Source of the DNA: Rhynchobatus australiae | Lineage: Eukaryota | Length of the DNA stretch: 64,000 nt | Assembly: GCA_034780895.1 (NCBI GenBank) | Contig: JAUZTB010000002.1 | Span: forward strand, 44,985,576 to 45,049,575 | Direction of reading: 5' to 3' | Shown here: positions 60,701-64,000 of the stretch, one piece after another | Position numbering within the stretch: position 1 is the first letter of the stretch | Layout of the letters: the number at the start of each line of letters is the position of its first letter | Made by a program: the position numbers and the translations under genes | The notes under the pieces: generated by a model | Told to the model about the DNA's origin: nothing | The model's database searches: none | What the model saw: the letters and a program-made list of their open reading frames with translations, nothing else

Positions 60701-62329
60701 CTAGCTAGTTCTAATATAAGCAAGAACAACTAATTATTGAAATGGTTGATATGTTGTTAAGTACTGAGGGGTTATTCTACCAATTTGGAAGGTGCACCTT
60801 CAATTGGATACCTACCTGGATGTATAGTTCTCCCTCACCTGTGGTCCCAGTCATGGTGATTCTGTGCCATTCAAAATAACTATATTGCATTATAAATGTC
60901 ATGGAAATTTATTCCAGAGATGCATTATTCCAGGTTTTAGTAGAGATAAATAGAATGTATCTGTGCTAGGGTCTAATCCTTTCTGGAATGCACAAAACAT
61001 CTGCTTTTTAGGTTGCTGTGATGCAACAGTTCTGAACAATGATTTGACTAACATTGAAAAAAACCTCCTTCATTTGTGGTTTTACATTCCTTATTTCTTT
61101 TCCTCTCTATTTACAATGAATAATTATTTTATTGGAAAAGGGATCTAATACATTGGCACCAACAATCTTCCTGGAGCTCCATCAAGTACTTTTGAAGTGG
61201 CTATTCACTTTAGTGTTGCTAAGATACTGCTTGCAAACCATGGAGCCTATTTAACCCATAAAACTGACAGAAGCAATAACCAGCTTTGGAGACCTATATC
61301 CTGTGCTCCAAGGATGACGAAGAAACATCCTATCAGGCATTGAGTCAGTTGATTTTTGCAAGCATCTCCTGGAACACTAAATTCTGGTGAATTGGACTTC
61401 CTCACTCTGAAGAAATCATGACAGCTCCAGGGAACCTTATCGACACTCCTCCAGGAACCACNNNNNNNNNNNNNNNNNNNNNNNNNNNNNNNNNNNNNNN
61501 NNNNNNNNNNNNNNNNNNNNNNNNNNNNNNNNNNNNNNNNNNNNNNNNNNNNNNNNNNNNNTTCTAGTTTTATATCAGATTTCCAGCATCTGCAGTTGTT
61601 TGATTTTCATTGATCAAGGTTTGCCTGATGAATGGCACAACAAGATTGTCATTATTCATGCTTATCCTAATTATTTTTATCCAAATACTGCTGCTGTATC
61701 AATTTTGGGATACGTGGACTAAGCTGTACCCAATTACACTACCAATGCCATATCAAGAAATCAATTTGAATCAGTGCAGTGACAAAAATAGAGTTAGAAA
61801 ACTTATTCTATCTCCCTGTATCTGTGTCAGCAATGATATAAGCTGCCAGGAGTTATTTTTCAGCACAGTTATGCCCAAAGTCAAGGTCCCTTCAAGCATA
61901 GTTTACAACATCTAAATGAAAGACCAATTTATACAAATCTTTATAGATAACTAGTTGCTTATTGATGTCACCTGATTTAATTTTCATAAATATTTTCATA
62001 TTTGATGATTCTATGACTTAGTGTTATTGAACTACACCTTAAATGTCTGCAGGTATTGTTTCTGGTGGACTCACCAACAAACTAATTACCATGGTATTTT
62101 CATTGCTCCTTCAAATGTATTTTGAGGCTCTTTTGAAAGATGGCATGTTCATGTGTTTCTTCAGTCTACTCAGGAGGAACAAATTGCAGGACAGAGTGCC
62201 ACTGCATTGTGAATGTAGTTACACTCTGTGTTGCCTGCAGTGAAATTGATAACACTCCGTGTTTGGAAAATCCAGGAAGAGATATGAATCTGACTTGTTG
62301 GTCATTGTAGCTCCTGTCTTCATAGGTTA

Positions 62330-63090
62330 AATTCATAAAACACTCAGCCCTGGTACATAATTCTTTGGCAGTTTGTCTACAGTAGGCTGTGAGACCCTAA
62401 ACATGCTCCAGTAACTCCCAGTCAGAACAAGGAGTGAAAATATAGGAGGTAGTAATGGATATGTGCTGGATATAGGAGTGGGGCTGAGAGAAGTAAATCT
62501 GGGTGTTGTCAATGAACATGTGAAATATGACAAAATGTTTTTGAATGTCATTGCTGAGAGAACGCACAGAAATGAGAAATAAGAAGGGGTCAAGGGTGGA
62601 ACCTTGGAGGTCATCAAGGAAATTTCAAACCATTGCTGGTGATTCTATGCCCAGGTCTGGATAGAAAAATATATGTAGATAGGGCCAGTCCCACAGAGCT
62701 GGATAAAGAAAGAAAGGTGTTGTGAGAGGAGGCACTGGTCAACGGTGTGAAAGGCTGCAGGGATATGTTACCATGATCACAATCACAGCGAATGTCATTT
62801 ACAACTTGGACAACTACAGCCATGGTGGAAATCTGATTGGAAGGGTTGATGTACAGGAAAGATGAGCAGGAATCTGGGAGGAAGACAGAGAGGTCAGGAC
62901 GGGATGGTGGTTTTTCAGAAAAGAGGACCCATTTAAGGAGTGAGCAGATAATGTCAACTTTGAAATTGGAGCTGGGGGAACGTGTCGGTGAGATGTGGAA
63001 TATTTTCAAGTAGACAGTACCAGGCAGCACAGAGCAGTTGTGCATACACAGATCTTACAATAGTTTTGAACTTCTCCATCATGGATTTAA
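62330..63090 (-). mobile_element. L2 LINE RT fragment, decayed
   Basis: Minus strand motifs VVNDIRCDCD, AAFHTVD (AAFDTVD), LQGSTLDPFLF (PQGSVLGPLLF), FHMFIDNTQIYFS (FHMYADDTQLYLS). Confidence 0.8.
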
Positions 63091-63872
63091 GATGGTTACG
63101 TCACTTGAGCAAGTATCAGCCATGATTGATAGTTGATAACTTTGCATTAAATGCTAATGCATGTATGCATTTCTGATTACTTTGATGCTTATATCAAGAG
63201 AGCTTTAGAACACACAATTTAAAAGACTTGCAGATGTTTGGTTGAGATAGAATCAGGGAAAGTCCGAGTGGAAAAGTACAAAGACTCACAGGCGGAAGTG
63301 GGAAGCGGCAGTAATCCAGAGATTTTGGGGAATGAAATGGCAGAGGTACCCAAAGCAACTTAACTTCAAACTGTTTGTGGAGAGTTGATAACCCTTCTCT
63401 GACACCAAAGTGGCTCTGCTACTACATGGTGAAAAATATGGGAATGCAAATAACCCACCAGAATTAGTCATGGGATTATNNNNNNNNNNNNNNNNNNNNN
63501 NNNNNNNNNNNNNNNNNNNNNNNNNNNNNNNNNNNNNNNNNNNNNNNNNNNNNNNNNNNNNNNNNNNNNNNNNNNNNNNNNNNNNNNNNNNNNNNNNNNN
63601 NNNNNNNNNNNNNNNNNNNNNNNNNNNNNNNNNNNNNNNNNNNNNNNNNNNNNNNNNNNNNNNNNNNNNNNNNNNNNNNNNNNNNNNNNNNNNNNNNNNN
63701 NNNNNNNNNNNNNNNNNNNNNNNNNNNNNNNNNNNNNNNNNNNNNNNNNNNNNNNNNNNNNNNNNNNNNNNNNNNNNNNNNNNNNNNNNNNNNNNNNNNN
63801 NNNNNNNNNNNNNNNNNNNNNNNNNNNNNNNNNNNNNNNNNNNNNNNNNNNNNNNNNNNNNNNNNNNNNNNN

Positions 63873-63980
63873 CATCGACAGTTCCTTTCCTCCCACAGAT
63901 GCTGCTTGACCTGATGAGTTCTTCTAGTAGGTTGTTTGTTGTTCCAGATTCCAGCATCTGCTGCATTTTTTGTCTCCTCT
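63873..63980 (+). mobile_element. Penelope-derived short repeat next to a gap
   Basis: catcgacagttcctttcctcccacagatgctgcttgacctgatgagttc...gattccagcatctg. Confidence 0.75.
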
Positions 63981-64000
63981 GAGGTAGAAAGGAGTTCAAA

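Noticed and set aside
55006-61915. B4GALNT-like glycosyltransferase assembled from the ORFs at 55006 and 61610
   Set aside because: Similarity is superficial, there is no DxD motif, and the putative domain order is reversed
1506-63999. Long ORFs in the track made mostly of X
   Set aside because: They are translations of N gaps, not coding sequence
1-64000. CRISPR array, operon or prokaryotic defence system
   Set aside because: No regularly spaced repeat-spacer array or dense ORFs; the DNA is vertebrate repeat-rich non-coding sequence

Overview
AT-rich, CpG-depleted eukaryotic DNA from a gapped draft assembly. The repeat content (CR1, L2 and Rex1 LINEs, DeuSINE- and V-SINE/HE1-like SINEs, Penelope-like fragments) points to a cartilaginous fish, possibly a ray; this is inferred from recalled repeat families, not from a search. 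I recognise no intact host protein-coding gene, rRNA, tRNA or CRISPR array, so the window looks intronic or intergenic. Identifiable coding-like stretches are decayed transposon ORFs: CR1, L2 and Rex1 reverse transcriptases, a Tigger/pogo transposase, a Gypsy-type gag and a Penelope GIY-YIG tail. The best leads are: about 17 dispersed Penelope-derived short repeats, several with a decayed hammerhead-ribozyme core; three short local duplications, one a perfect 41-bp inverted copy; a pogo-type MITE nested in a DeuSINE; a cluster of minus-strand splice signals at 56.5-57.2 kb giving an unrecognised 94-aa spliced ORF; and repeat-poor blocks that may be regulatory. The sequence alone does not support a new biological system. 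Repeat boundaries are approximate.
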